This document shows positions 54,492 to 63,278 of a stretch of 64,000 nt of DNA, in pieces. The notes under the pieces are model-generated. The model searched no databases. It saw only the letters and a program-made list of their open reading frames with translations, and had not been told where the DNA came from. The DNA is from Bryobacteraceae bacterium (GTDB taxonomy: Bacteria; Acidobacteriota; Terriglobia; Bryobacterales; Bryobacteraceae), in NCBI GenBank assembly GCA_035293845.1, contig DATGMB010000240.1:1476-65475 (forward strand). Reading direction: 5' to 3'. Numbering within the stretch: position 1 is the first letter of the stretch; each line of letters opens with the position of its first letter. Made by a program: the position numbers and the translations under genes.

Positions 54492-55166
54492 GTGCTCCAC
54501 TGGCTGCTGGACTTTTACCGCACGCTCACCAACCCGGAGCGCCTGATCGAGCTGCTGAGCACGATGCTTACGGGATGGCTCGGATACGCCGCTCTGTTCG
54601 CGATCGTGTTCTCGGAAACCGGCCTGCTGATCGGCCTGGTGCTGCCCGGCGATTCGCTCCTGTTCACCGTAGGCGTGGTCGCCGGCGCCGGGCACCTGGA
54701 TATTTTTCTGGTCAACCTGCTGCTGGTCACGGCGGCCATCCTGGGCGATTCCACCGGCTACCTGCTGGGCCGCCAGACCGGCCCGCGCATCTTCAGCCGC
54801 CCGGATTCGCGCCTCTTTAAGCAGGAATACGTCACGCGCACCAAGGCGTTTTACGACCGCTACGGCGGCAAGACGATCCTGTTCGCGCGCTTCCTGCCGA
54901 TTGTCCGCACCTTCGCCGCCTACCTGGCCGGCGTGGGCCAAATGCCGTACCTGCGCTTCCTGCCCTTCAGCATGGGCGGCGCGCTCGCCTCGGTCTCCCT
55001 GGTCACGCTGGCGGGCTACGGGCTGGGTGGAATCCCCGTGGTGCGGCAGAATTTCGATAAGGCGATCCTGGGGATCATCGCGCTTTCCCTGTTGCCCAGC
55101 GCGATTGAGTTCTGGAGAGCGCGGCGGGAATCGTCGCGCGCGGCGAACGGGAATTCCAGGAGCTAG
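54492..55166 (+). CDS. DedA-family (SNARE-associated) membrane protein
   Basis: The product reads ...FSETGLLIGLVLPGDSLLFTVG...ARFLPIVRTFAAYLAGV. The TAG stop (55164-55166) is supplied by the heptamer repeat. Confidence 0.85.
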   Translation: MLHWLLDFYRTLTNPERLIELLSTMLTGWLGYAALFAIVFSETGLLIGLVLPGDSLLFTVGVVAGAGHLDIFLVNLLLVTAAILGDSTGYLLGRQTGPRIFSRPDSRLFKQEYVTRTKAFYDRYGGKTILFARFLPIVRTFAAYLAGVGQMPYLRFLPFSMGGALASVSLVTLAGYGLGGIPVVRQNFDKAILGIIALSLLPSAIEFWRARRESSRAANGNSRS

Positions 55167-55298
55167 GAGTTAGGAGCTAGGAGAGCGGCGGCGTAGGCTC
55201 GAAGGAGGCGGCTGGTCTCATCGAGCACGGCAAGCAAATTCGCCCGTGTCGCCGTAGCCCAGGTCTTGCGTCAGGATCCTAACTCCTGCTCCCCTATA
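55157..55298. repeat. AGGAG-heptamer / CTCCT inverted repeat (family locus C) between convergent genes
   Basis: The left arm is ccaggagctaggagttaggagctaggagagc and the right arm is gtcaggatcctaactcctgctcccctata. A perfect 11-bp pairing joins aggagttagga (55165-55175) to tcctaactcct (55277-55287). Confidence 0.75.
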
Positions 55299-56568
55299 CG
55301 AACCGGTACTCCCCGGGCACCGGCAGCGGCGGGACCGGCACCTTGACCTGGTAGCCGAACTCTTTCGGGAGTAAGTCCTGCTGCGAGTTCATCATCATGT
55401 CCCACGTGACTTTCTGGCCGGAGTAAGCCGCCTCGCGCCCCATCAGACACGTCATGGTGCTCTCGGCGACGGCCATCGCTTCGTTGATGTATGGTCCCTT
55501 GCCGAGAATGCTGTTCACCATATCGACGTGCTCCTGCACGTAGGGGTCGACGGGGAGCCGCGCGCCGCGGAGTTGCACGCTGTCGATCACGCCCTTCGTG
55601 CCCACAATGCGCTCGCTGACGTTCTGCGCCGCGGGGTTGCGGTACTGTCGGCAGTGGCTTGAAAGGTGAACGCCGTTTGCGTAGACGAAATCGGCGTGCA
55701 CGTGGTCGTAGATATTGCCGTACTCTTCCTCGCGCGGGCGCCAGGCCGCGCCGCCGCTCGCGACGGCCTCCACCGGGTGCGCGCCCATGAACCAGTTGCA
55801 GACATCGATATTGTGCAGGTGCTGCTCCACAATCTGATCGCCGGAGAGCCACACGTGCGCATACCAGTTTCGATGCTGGTATTCCATATCGCCCCACTTC
55901 GGGTCGCGCTTGTGGTTGGGGAACACATCGCTCTGGAAATTGAGCACGGGCGTGCCGACCCAATTGGCGTCGAGCGCGACGATTTCGCCGAATTCGCCGT
56001 TCTTCAGGCGCTGGTACTTATCGAGATACCAGGCCTGCGAGCGCCGCTGCGCGCCGGATTTCACGGTCAGCTTCATCTCTTCGGACTTTTTCGCCGCGGC
56101 CATGAAGCGGCGCAGGTTGACGGGATCGGTGGCAAACGGCTTTTCGCAGAAGATGTGCTTTTTCGCTTCGACCGCGGCTTCGAAGTGCAGCGGGCGATAA
56201 GCCGGGTAAGTGGCCAGCATGACGATATCGACCGATTCGATCACCTTCTTATATGCATCGAAGCCGATGAAGTGGTGCTCGGGATCGACCTTGACGCGGT
56301 CGGCGAGCGCCGGCGGCAGGCGCTTGGATTTGCGGAGACAGTCTTCCAGACGGTCTTCGAAAACGTCGGCCAGCGCGACGATCTCGACGTTGTCGCAGCC
56401 GGTGAGGATGTTCTGAATGGCCTGCGTGCCTCGGCCGCCGCAGCCGACGAGCCCGGCCTTGAGCTTCTCGTTGCCGGCGCCGCGCACCAGCTCCGGTTTC
56501 ACGATCTGGAAAGCGGCGGCGCCCGCGGCGGCGGATGTTAAAAAGGACCTGCGCGTAGGATTCTGCAT
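55294..56568 (-). CDS. Gfo/Idh/MocA-family oxidoreductase with Tat signal
   Basis: The ATG 56568 start has an AGGAGG RBS. The twin-arginine signal is MQNPTRRSFLTSAAAGAAAF and the Rossmann motif is LKAGLVGCGGRGTQA. Confidence 0.8.
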   Translation of the reverse strand: MQNPTRRSFLTSAAAGAAAFQIVKPELVRGAGNEKLKAGLVGCGGRGTQAIQNILTGCDNVEIVALADVFEDRLEDCLRKSKRLPPALADRVKVDPEHHFIGFDAYKKVIESVDIVMLATYPAYRPLHFEAAVEAKKHIFCEKPFATDPVNLRRFMAAAKKSEEMKLTVKSGAQRRSQAWYLDKYQRLKNGEFGEIVALDANWVGTPVLNFQSDVFPNHKRDPKWGDMEYQHRNWYAHVWLSGDQIVEQHLHNIDVCNWFMGAHPVEAVASGGAAWRPREEEYGNIYDHVHADFVYANGVHLSSHCRQYRNPAAQNVSERIVGTKGVIDSVQLRGARLPVDPYVQEHVDMVNSILGKGPYINEAMAVAESTMTCLMGREAAYSGQKVTWDMMMNSQQDLLPKEFGYQVKVPVPPLPVPGEYRFV

Positions 56569-56626
56569 GGGACCTCCTGGAACCGGCACCATTTTATCCG
56601 AATTCGAGGAGCGTGCGAGGGATGCC

Positions 56627-57385
56627 CTAAGGACGCCGCAGGATTTTGTGGACAATCTCCGGCCAGAATTCCTGCACGATATTGATGGGTATCGAGAGTA
56701 AGATCTGTTCCGACCCGTTCACCAGGGTGTATCTCGCCTTGCTTTCGCCGATCGGGATCCAGGTTGTGGAAACCGCGGTTGCGGCGTAATAACTGGTCAG
56801 GTTCGCGATGTTCACCGTGGTGTGCCCCTGGCTGTTGTACGTCAGGAAGCTGAAGGCGACCGCGTGGCGGATGCGCCGCTTGAAACCTGTTTGCCCGCTT
56901 GAGATGTAGCGGACGTCCTCATGCAACGGGACGGCGAGCGCAGCCTGGAAGGTCCCCTGGAGGATTGCGGTCGCAAGTCGCGAGCCCAGCCGTTTGCCGT
57001 AGCCCTCAAACCCGCCGCCCCATGCGGAAGGTGAATTGCTCGCCTGGTCCAACACCAAAGATGTGAAGACCGGACCGACGTAAGCGCCCGCCGAAGCATA
57101 GTTCATCTTCCAATAAAGCTTCCAGCGCTCCCTTCCGGTCAGGGGACGCCAATTCAAGGCCGAAACAGAGCTCAGGCCAGTGATCGGATTCACATTGAGG
57201 GGCTGGTTCGGGGTTGCCGCGGGCGCACTCGGAGTTCCTGCCGGAGAACCGGGACCGGACGGTGGACCGCTGCCGCCGGGGGATTGTGCCAAAAGCCGCG
57301 CCGGCGTTATCAGACCCGCAACAGCCGCGAGGAAAAGCACGCTGGAGCCAAGCCGAACCTTCCTGAAGAGCCTGTCCGAAATCAT
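56627..57385 (-). CDS. Hypothetical secreted protein (252 aa)
   Basis: A signal peptide and a Gly/Pro/Ser-rich linker (SPGGSGPPSGPGSPAGTPSAPAATP) precede a ~180-aa domain of unknown family. GC is lower than in the neighbours. Confidence 0.5.
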   Translation of the reverse strand: MISDRLFRKVRLGSSVLFLAAVAGLITPARLLAQSPGGSGPPSGPGSPAGTPSAPAATPNQPLNVNPITGLSSVSALNWRPLTGRERWKLYWKMNYASAGAYVGPVFTSLVLDQASNSPSAWGGGFEGYGKRLGSRLATAILQGTFQAALAVPLHEDVRYISSGQTGFKRRIRHAVAFSFLTYNSQGHTTVNIANLTSYYAATAVSTTWIPIGESKARYTLVNGSEQILLSIPINIVQEFWPEIVHKILRRP

Positions 57386-57564
57386 GGATGCGAGCGGGAG
57401 CCGACCCCGTATCTGAGGAGATGCAAGCGGGCCTGAAAAGGATAAATAAATTTCCGGTCCGGCTAGGGCTGAAAGTCATCAGCCGATCTTTCCCGCAGGC
57501 GATCCGTCCTGCACACTGGCGAGCAATCAGCCGTGCCCGCGCGAACCCACAGCGAACCGGCCGG

Positions 57565-58887
57565 TTATCTGCCCGCCGTGACCCGGTACAACCCCGACGC
57601 GTGCGGCGCCAGTGTAAACGTGTACCCGCCGGCCGCGGCGCCGAGATCCTTCCGCTCCCAGAGGTCGCGCAGCAGGCACCGCTCGGGAAGTTGCAATGCG
57701 CCCCAATCCACGTGGATCGTAGCGGGGCGATCGCCGGAATTGAAGACGCCGAGGTATTTTGCGTTTGGCTCCGGCGCGGCGGCGGTCCAGGCAACCTGCG
57801 GTCCCGCCTGCCAGAATGGGTATCCGTGTTGTCCCTGCTGATCCACCGCCAGCACTTCGTCGTTGGTCAGGAGCGACAGCGTGAAATCGTCATTGGTTGG
57901 CAGGTCGCCGCCAAACATCAGCGGCGATTGCGCGATCGACCACAGGCTCATCACGGTTTTCGCTTCGTCGTGCGTGAAGCGGCTCGTGCGGTCGTTGCCG
58001 CGCTCGGCCCGCAGGCCGATATGGCCCAGGGGCAGCATGTCGGCGTCCGGCCACGCTCCCGGCCTGCCCACGCCGCCCCACACGGAGAGCAGCAGGAACA
58101 TCTGCTTGAGCGATTGCCAGTCGTCCCAGAAATCGTCCGAGATGCGCCACAGATTCGCGTTCTCCTGCAGGAACGCCAGATCTTTGATTGTGGCGGGGCC
58201 CGGTGAAAGGCTGAGCACGATGCTGCGCCCGGTCTTCGCAATCGCGCGATGCAGGGCCGCGATCTCATCGCGATGCACGGGGCGTGCGATGTCATCGGCC
58301 TTGATGTAGTCGACGCCCCATTCGGCGTACAGCCGGAGCAGCGAATCGTAGTAGTCCTGGGCGCCCGGACGGCTCATGTCCACTCCGTACATGTCGCTGT
58401 TCCACGGGCAGACCGAGTGGATGTCCGCGATTTCGGCGGCGCGGGCCCGGCTGCCGGAGACGGGCAGATTCTCGCGCACCGCCTGCCGCGGTATACCGCG
58501 CATGATGTGAATGCCGAACTTCAGTCCGAGTCCGTGAATATAATCGGCGAGGGGCTTGAACCCGCGCCCGCCGGCGGCCGAGGGAAACCGGTTTTCCGCC
58601 GGGATCAGCCGCCCGTAGCCGTCCATCGCAAGTTCCGCGTTCGGCCGGTAGCCGTGTGCCTGCGGATGCATCTCCGACCACTGAATGTCCACAACCACGT
58701 ACTGCCAGCCGTGCGGCTTCAAGTAGCGCGCCATGGAATCGGCATTGGCCTTCACCTCGGCCTCCGTGACCGTGGTGCCGTACGCATCCCAACTGTTCCA
58801 TCCCATCGGCGGCCGGGCGGCAGGCAGCTCGGCGCCGCTGGAAAGACCGGCTAGAACGAGAGAGGCAATCGCGGCGAGGGCTCGCAT
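57565..58887 (-). CDS. Alpha-galactosidase, glycoside hydrolase family 27-like, secreted
   Basis: The product has a signal peptide, then PPMGWNSWDAYG, WGVDYIKADD (nucleophile Asp region), and a C-terminal beta-sandwich. Confidence 0.85.
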   Translation of the reverse strand: MRALAAIASLVLAGLSSGAELPAARPPMGWNSWDAYGTTVTEAEVKANADSMARYLKPHGWQYVVVDIQWSEMHPQAHGYRPNAELAMDGYGRLIPAENRFPSAAGGRGFKPLADYIHGLGLKFGIHIMRGIPRQAVRENLPVSGSRARAAEIADIHSVCPWNSDMYGVDMSRPGAQDYYDSLLRLYAEWGVDYIKADDIARPVHRDEIAALHRAIAKTGRSIVLSLSPGPATIKDLAFLQENANLWRISDDFWDDWQSLKQMFLLLSVWGGVGRPGAWPDADMLPLGHIGLRAERGNDRTSRFTHDEAKTVMSLWSIAQSPLMFGGDLPTNDDFTLSLLTNDEVLAVDQQGQHGYPFWQAGPQVAWTAAAPEPNAKYLGVFNSGDRPATIHVDWGALQLPERCLLRDLWERKDLGAAAGGYTFTLAPHASGLYRVTAGR

Positions 58888-58947
58888 AGAATTCGTGGCG
58901 CTATTTTCTCATGAGGCGCGTGCCGCGTCGGATGCGCCGGACGCGCC

Positions 58948-59739
58948 TTACCGGATCAGCTCTTTGAGCCGTTTCCACGCTTCCTCGCGCGCCTTGACAT
59001 TCGCGGCATGCGTCGGCGCTTTGCTGGTCGGATCCTCGCCCTCGCGCATGAATCCATGGCCGGCGCCTTCGTAGATTACCGGCTCGTACTTCTTCCCGGC
59101 GGCCTTCATCTTCTCTTTGGTCGGCTCGACCGTTGCGGTGACGCGCGCGTCGTTGCCGCCGTAGAAACCGTAGACGGGCGCTTTGATGCGCTCCAGGCCG
59201 TCCTTGGGCGGACCGCCGTAGAAGACGAAAGCGGCTTTCAGATCCGGCCGGTTCGTCGCGTACCGGAAGCTCTGGCCGCCGCCGTAGCAGAAGCCGGCGA
59301 CGTAGAGATTGCCGCTGGCGGAAGGCTGTTTGAGCGCGTAGTCGGCGGCGGCGTTGAGGTCGGCGGTGATCTGGTCGTCCGGCAGGTCGCGGATGGCCTG
59401 GCCGACAGCCGTCGAATCCATCGACTTCGTGCCGCCGCCATTCGGCCCTTTGCCGCTCAGCAGGTCCGGCGCGATGGCGATGTAGCCCGCGGCGGCGAAC
59501 TCATCGGCCGCGAGCTGCGCCCAGTCGGAAAGCCCGAAGATTTCGTGAATCACGAGCACCACTGGCGCTTTGCGGCTAACCTCCGGGTAGACGATGTAGG
59601 CGTCGACCGCCCGTCCGTCATGCTGCAGTTTGACCCATTCGCGGTGGCGCGGGGACTTTTCCAGTTTCTCCTTCGCCCAATCCTGGGCGTGGAGGGCGGG
59701 AGCGAGCATGGCGGCGAGAGACAGCAGGAGGAGCTTCAT
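58948..59739 (-). CDS. Dienelactone hydrolase-family alpha/beta hydrolase, secreted
   Basis: After a signal peptide the product reads VLVIHEIFGLSDW, with the nucleophile elbow VAGFCYGG and then YEGAGHGF. Confidence 0.85.
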   Translation of the reverse strand: MKLLLLSLAAMLAPALHAQDWAKEKLEKSPRHREWVKLQHDGRAVDAYIVYPEVSRKAPVVLVIHEIFGLSDWAQLAADEFAAAGYIAIAPDLLSGKGPNGGGTKSMDSTAVGQAIRDLPDDQITADLNAAADYALKQPSASGNLYVAGFCYGGGQSFRYATNRPDLKAAFVFYGGPPKDGLERIKAPVYGFYGGNDARVTATVEPTKEKMKAAGKKYEPVIYEGAGHGFMREGEDPTSKAPTHAANVKAREEAWKRLKELIR

Positions 59740-59757
59740 GGGGATAAAGTAGCAGAA

Positions 59758-59809
59758 GTCAGGAGCTAGGAGCTAGGAGCCACAGGACGCGCTCCTTCGC
59801 TCCAGGAGC
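59758..59809. repeat. AGGAG-heptamer / CTCCT repeat (family locus D)
   Basis: The sequence is gtcaggagctaggagctaggagcc-acaggacgc-gctccttcgctcc-aggagc. It spans the 3' end of the GNAT gene and the 5' leader of the dienelactone hydrolase gene. Confidence 0.7.
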
Positions 59810-60261
59810 ACCGTGTCGCGCCACGTGCCGCGCAGGCAGCCGATGCGCTCGCGCACGCCGACGACGCGGAAACCGGCGCGGCGGTGCAGTGCGATGCTGG
59901 GGAGATTTTCGGGGAAGATTCCGGCCTGCAAGGTCCAGATTCCCTGGTGCTCCGATTCGGCGATCAGCGCCGCGAGCAGCGCCCGGCCCACTCCCTGCCC
60001 GCGCGCCCGCGCCGCAACGTAGATACTCACTTCGGCAACGCCGCCGTAGACGCATCGGGACGAGACCGGGCTGAGGGCGGCCCAGCCCAGTACGGCGCCG
60101 TCCGCGCGCGCTACCAGCCGGCTGTGCGGCAGGTGGCGGGCGTCCCATTCCGGCCAATCCGGGGCCGCGGCCTCGAAGGTGGCATTGCCGGTCGCGATGC
60201 CCTCTTCGTAAATCGAGCGGACGGACGGCCAATCCGTGGCCGTCATGGGTTCCAGTGTCAT
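59773..60261 (-). CDS. GNAT-family N-acetyltransferase (phosphinothricin acetyltransferase-like)
   Basis: The 162-aa product reads IYEEGIATGNATFE...SIYVAARARGQGVGRALL...ALHRRAGFRVVG. Its TAG stop lies in the repeat. Confidence 0.85.
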   Translation of the reverse strand: MTLEPMTATDWPSVRSIYEEGIATGNATFEAAAPDWPEWDARHLPHSRLVARADGAVLGWAALSPVSSRCVYGGVAEVSIYVAARARGQGVGRALLAALIAESEHQGIWTLQAGIFPENLPSIALHRRAGFRVVGVRERIGCLRGTWRDTVLLERRSASCGS

Positions 60262-60272
60262 CTGGTTTCAGG

Positions 60273-61124
60273 TCAGTGCGTCATCGCGTAGACGACGTAA
60301 TTCACGCCCAGCCGGATGCCCAGCGCGGAAAACTTCTCCGGATACCGCGGATCGTCGGCCCATTCCCAGGAATCGCCGACGTCGTTGTTGAACGTCATCG
60401 TGACCATCAGGCGGCCCTTGTCGTCGTAGATGCCGCGCCAGTGCGGGACGGTGCCCTCGGCGCGGCGCGACATCGGGCCGCGGCGCGAGAGCGCCCATTG
60501 GCCCAGGATCTGGTAACGGTCGTCGAGGTCGTAGACGGCGTGGAAGACGGGGTCGGCGTTTTCGATCTCGACGATGGGGCGGTCGGGGAAAACCTTGTGC
60601 ATCGTCTCGTCGAAGCGTTCCCATTCGTCATCGTTCCAGAAATCGTCCATGTAGATGAAGCCGCCGCGCAGTAGAAATTCGCGCAGGATTTTCACCTGCG
60701 GATCGGTCAGCTTCCAGTCGCCCATCTCGCCGGCAACCAGCCAGGGCCAATTGAAGAAGTCGTCGGCATCGTCGGGATTCACGGGCTGCTCGGAGGAGCG
60801 CGCGGAGATGCGCGTGAGGCGGCGGAGCGCAGCGGCGAAGTGGCGGTCGGCGCGCGGATAGTCCTGCGTCCAGCTCGTGCCGCCCTCGCGCCAGTCCGGC
60901 AGGCCGCCCCAGCGGCTCCAGCGGCTGAAGCGGGCATTGGGATGCTGCGGATACATCAGCCGCGCCTGCACCCATTCGGCCGGCTCCAGATAATCCGGCG
61001 GCAGCGGGATATTGTCGTATCCCTCCATGCTGCGGTAAACGCGGAAGGGGCGCTGCGCATACACGGCGCCGATGAGCAGCAGCGCGAGACCGCCGCCGCA
61101 GACACACGCGCGGCGATTAAGCAT
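60273..61124 (-). CDS. DUF4159-domain protein
   Basis: The product reads WTQDYPRADRHFAAALRRLT...FFNWPWLVAGEMGDWKLTD...LREFLLRGGFIYMDDFW. I chose the start at MLNRRA (61124), 4 nt after the upstream stop. ATG 61160 is also possible. Confidence 0.65.
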   Translation of the reverse strand: MLNRRACVCGGGLALLLIGAVYAQRPFRVYRSMEGYDNIPLPPDYLEPAEWVQARLMYPQHPNARFSRWSRWGGLPDWREGGTSWTQDYPRADRHFAAALRRLTRISARSSEQPVNPDDADDFFNWPWLVAGEMGDWKLTDPQVKILREFLLRGGFIYMDDFWNDDEWERFDETMHKVFPDRPIVEIENADPVFHAVYDLDDRYQILGQWALSRRGPMSRRAEGTVPHWRGIYDDKGRLMVTMTFNNDVGDSWEWADDPRYPEKFSALGIRLGVNYVVYAMTH

Positions 61125-62025
61125 AAGCCGCCTCCACCTGCTTGCGAAGGAACGCCACATCGCGCTTGATGGCCGCCGGCTGGTCCGAGGTTGGATAGTC
61201 GACCGCGACGGACACCGGGCCGGTAAACCGCGCCCGCGCCAGGCCCGCGAACAGCTTCGGCCAGTCCACCATGCCCTCGCCGAGCGGGCAGGCCGCGCGT
61301 TTCCAGGCGCCGCCCTCCTTCGTCCAGTAGAAATCGCGCGCCGTCACCATGCGGATGCGCGGCAGCGCCAGCCGGAACGCGGTCTCCCAGCCCGGCCCGC
61401 CCTGCTCGACCGCATAGCCGGCGTCGAAATCGTAGCCGACGGTGCGCGGGTCCATGCCGCGGATCAGCATCTGCGCGTCCCAGATCGCGCCGCCGAACTG
61501 GCCCGCCACGTTCTGGATCAGCACCGTCATATTGGCCGCGCGCGCCAGCGCGGCGAGCCCGGCGAGGTCGCGCTGCACCTCGGCCAGGCGGGTTTCGATT
61601 TCGCCGCCGGTGTATTTCCAGTGGCCGGCGCGGAACAGCGGAACGCCCATCTGGCTGGCGAAGCCCGCCATGGTGCGGATCGTGTCGTCGGCGAGCGAGG
61701 TGTAGCCGGTCGTGAGGACGGGCACATCCACGCCGGCGCCCGTGAGGGCCTCGATGGCGCGTTCCACGTCCAGGTCGAAATGCTCGCGGCGGATGTGGCT
61801 GCCCGGCATTACCGCGAGGTCGCAGCCATCCACGCCCAGGCTGCGCAGCACCGGGCCGAGCTCGTCATAGCCGATCTGGATCAGGACCTGCGAATAGAGG
61901 CAGATGGAGGGCGTGGTGCGCGCTTTGGGCCCGGCGGCCTGGCGATCTTGCGCGGCCCGCGCCTGCCATGCCGCGGCGGCGCCGGCGAGGATTTGGCGTC
62001 TCGAAAGGGCCATGCGCGAATCCAT
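61117..62025 (-). CDS. Xylose-isomerase-like TIM-barrel sugar-phosphate isomerase/epimerase with Tat-like signal
   Basis: The signal MDSRMALSRRQILAGAAAAW is followed by a TIM-barrel AP-endonuclease-2-like pattern. The upstream part of the track ORF is an artefactual extension. Confidence 0.75.
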   Translation of the reverse strand: MDSRMALSRRQILAGAAAAWQARAAQDRQAAGPKARTTPSICLYSQVLIQIGYDELGPVLRSLGVDGCDLAVMPGSHIRREHFDLDVERAIEALTGAGVDVPVLTTGYTSLADDTIRTMAGFASQMGVPLFRAGHWKYTGGEIETRLAEVQRDLAGLAALARAANMTVLIQNVAGQFGGAIWDAQMLIRGMDPRTVGYDFDAGYAVEQGGPGWETAFRLALPRIRMVTARDFYWTKEGGAWKRAACPLGEGMVDWPKLFAGLARARFTGPVSVAVDYPTSDQPAAIKRDVAFLRKQVEAAYA

Positions 62026-62027
62026 TG

Positions 62028-63047
62028 CTATTGTAGTCTTTTCCGCGGCGCCGTCTGGCCTGCCGCCTTGCGCAGCACGGCTTCGCGATCGCCCTTCTGC
62101 CATGCCTGCTCGACCTCCTGGTCCTTCATCCCCGCCAGGCGGCCCGCTAACAGGAACGGCGGCAGCGCGTAGCGCGGCGTTTTCCAGCGGGCCATCTCGA
62201 GCACCGCGTCGAGCGCGCGCTCGCGGATCTGGCCGAGGACCGGGGCAGCGCCGTGGTCGGTGAGCGAAAGCAGCAACTGCACCGCGCCCGTGCGGTCGGT
62301 CAGCACGACTGAGTGCAGCAGTTCGACCGCCCATGTCGCCGGAATGCGCAGGCCCAGAGCCGGCCGGCTGGAGGCCAGCACCGCGACCGCGTGCAGCGCG
62401 TGCAGGCCGTTGGCGCGCACGGTTTCGTCGGGGTCCTGGATAGCGAGTTGCAAATCTTCGATAATGTCCGCTTTATTCGGCGCGTAGCCGATCATGGCGG
62501 CGGCCGCGGCGCGCTGCTCCGGATCGGGATCGTTGCGCAGGGCATCGCGGAGCATGTCCAGATGCGTGGTGGCGTATTCGCCGAAGCGGTCCTCGAGGGC
62601 GCGGGCGTCCGGGTCCGCCATGATCGCGTGCCCGGCGGTGAGGTCTTCGGCATCGGTCCCGCGCGCCGCGGCCCGCTGCACGGCGGCCAGATACCGGCCG
62701 TAAAGCTCCATGACGTCCTCCGGCAGATTCACCGCGCCCGTCGGGCCGGCGCGAAAGGTCGGATGCGGGGCGCCCTTCTCCTCGATCCCGAGGAACAGGA
62801 CGGCCTCCCGCCCCTCGCAGCAGATCGCCTCGACGCGGGCCAGCACCACCCCCGGGATCTCCGCCAGCCGGTCTTCGAGATCGCCCTTCGAGGGCGGTAG
62901 CGGGTCGCCGGTCTTCAGCCGAATCGATTGCAGGATGCGCTGCGGCGTGAGGATGCGCAATCCATAGAAATTGATGTCACCGACCACCGGCGCCTGCGCC
63001 ATGCCGGCGGCCGCCAGGCACACGAACGCCAACGCGAGTTGCTTCAC
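62028..63047 (-). CDS. Secreted protein with N-terminal POTRA-like module and HEAT/ARM-like repeats
   Basis: The GTG 63047 start gives the signal (M)KQLALAFVCLAAAGMAQA. The region DINFYGLRILTPQRILQSIRLKTGD is POTRA-like, and helical repeats follow. The family is uncertain. Confidence 0.5.
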   Translation of the reverse strand: MKQLALAFVCLAAAGMAQAPVVGDINFYGLRILTPQRILQSIRLKTGDPLPPSKGDLEDRLAEIPGVVLARVEAICCEGREAVLFLGIEEKGAPHPTFRAGPTGAVNLPEDVMELYGRYLAAVQRAAARGTDAEDLTAGHAIMADPDARALEDRFGEYATTHLDMLRDALRNDPDPEQRAAAAAMIGYAPNKADIIEDLQLAIQDPDETVRANGLHALHAVAVLASSRPALGLRIPATWAVELLHSVVLTDRTGAVQLLLSLTDHGAAPVLGQIRERALDAVLEMARWKTPRYALPPFLLAGRLAGMKDQEVEQAWQKGDREAVLRKAAGQTAPRKRLQ

Positions 63048-63100
63048 GATAGTGGGACGCACGGGGCGCACCGTGCGGTTCCCCGGAACCGCGCCGCTTC

Positions 63101-63128
63101 GGCCCCCAATCCCCAATCCCTATTTCCC
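63101..63128 (-). repeat. G-rich heptamer array, family copy 2 (minus-strand sense TAGGGATTGGGGATTGGGGGCC)
   Basis: The plus strand reads ggcccccaatccccaatccctatttccc. Its reverse complement shares the 19-mer TAGGGATTGGGGATTGGGG with 8330-8348. Confidence 0.85.
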
Positions 63129-63278
63129 AGGTTTTCCCGCCAACACCAGCGGAACGATCGCGCCCACGATCGCCCCCACGATCAACGCCTTGTTCCCCGC
63201 GCCCATCGCATCGGCCAGCAGTCCCAGCAGCGAGCCGATTCCGGCTCCGATAATGGTCACCGCAATCCGCTTGACCAT
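63120..63278 (-). CDS. Small Gly/Ala-rich membrane protein (52 aa); absent from the supplied ORF track
   Basis: My own translation is MVKRIAVTIIGAGIGSLLGLLADAMGAGNKALIVGAIVGAIVPLVLAGKPGK*. Its ATG overlaps the ftsB stop (TAATG). Two glycine-zipper-like TM segments are present. Confidence 0.5.
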   Translation of the reverse strand: MVKRIAVTIIGAGIGSLLGLLADAMGAGNKALIVGAIVGAIVPLVLAGKPGK

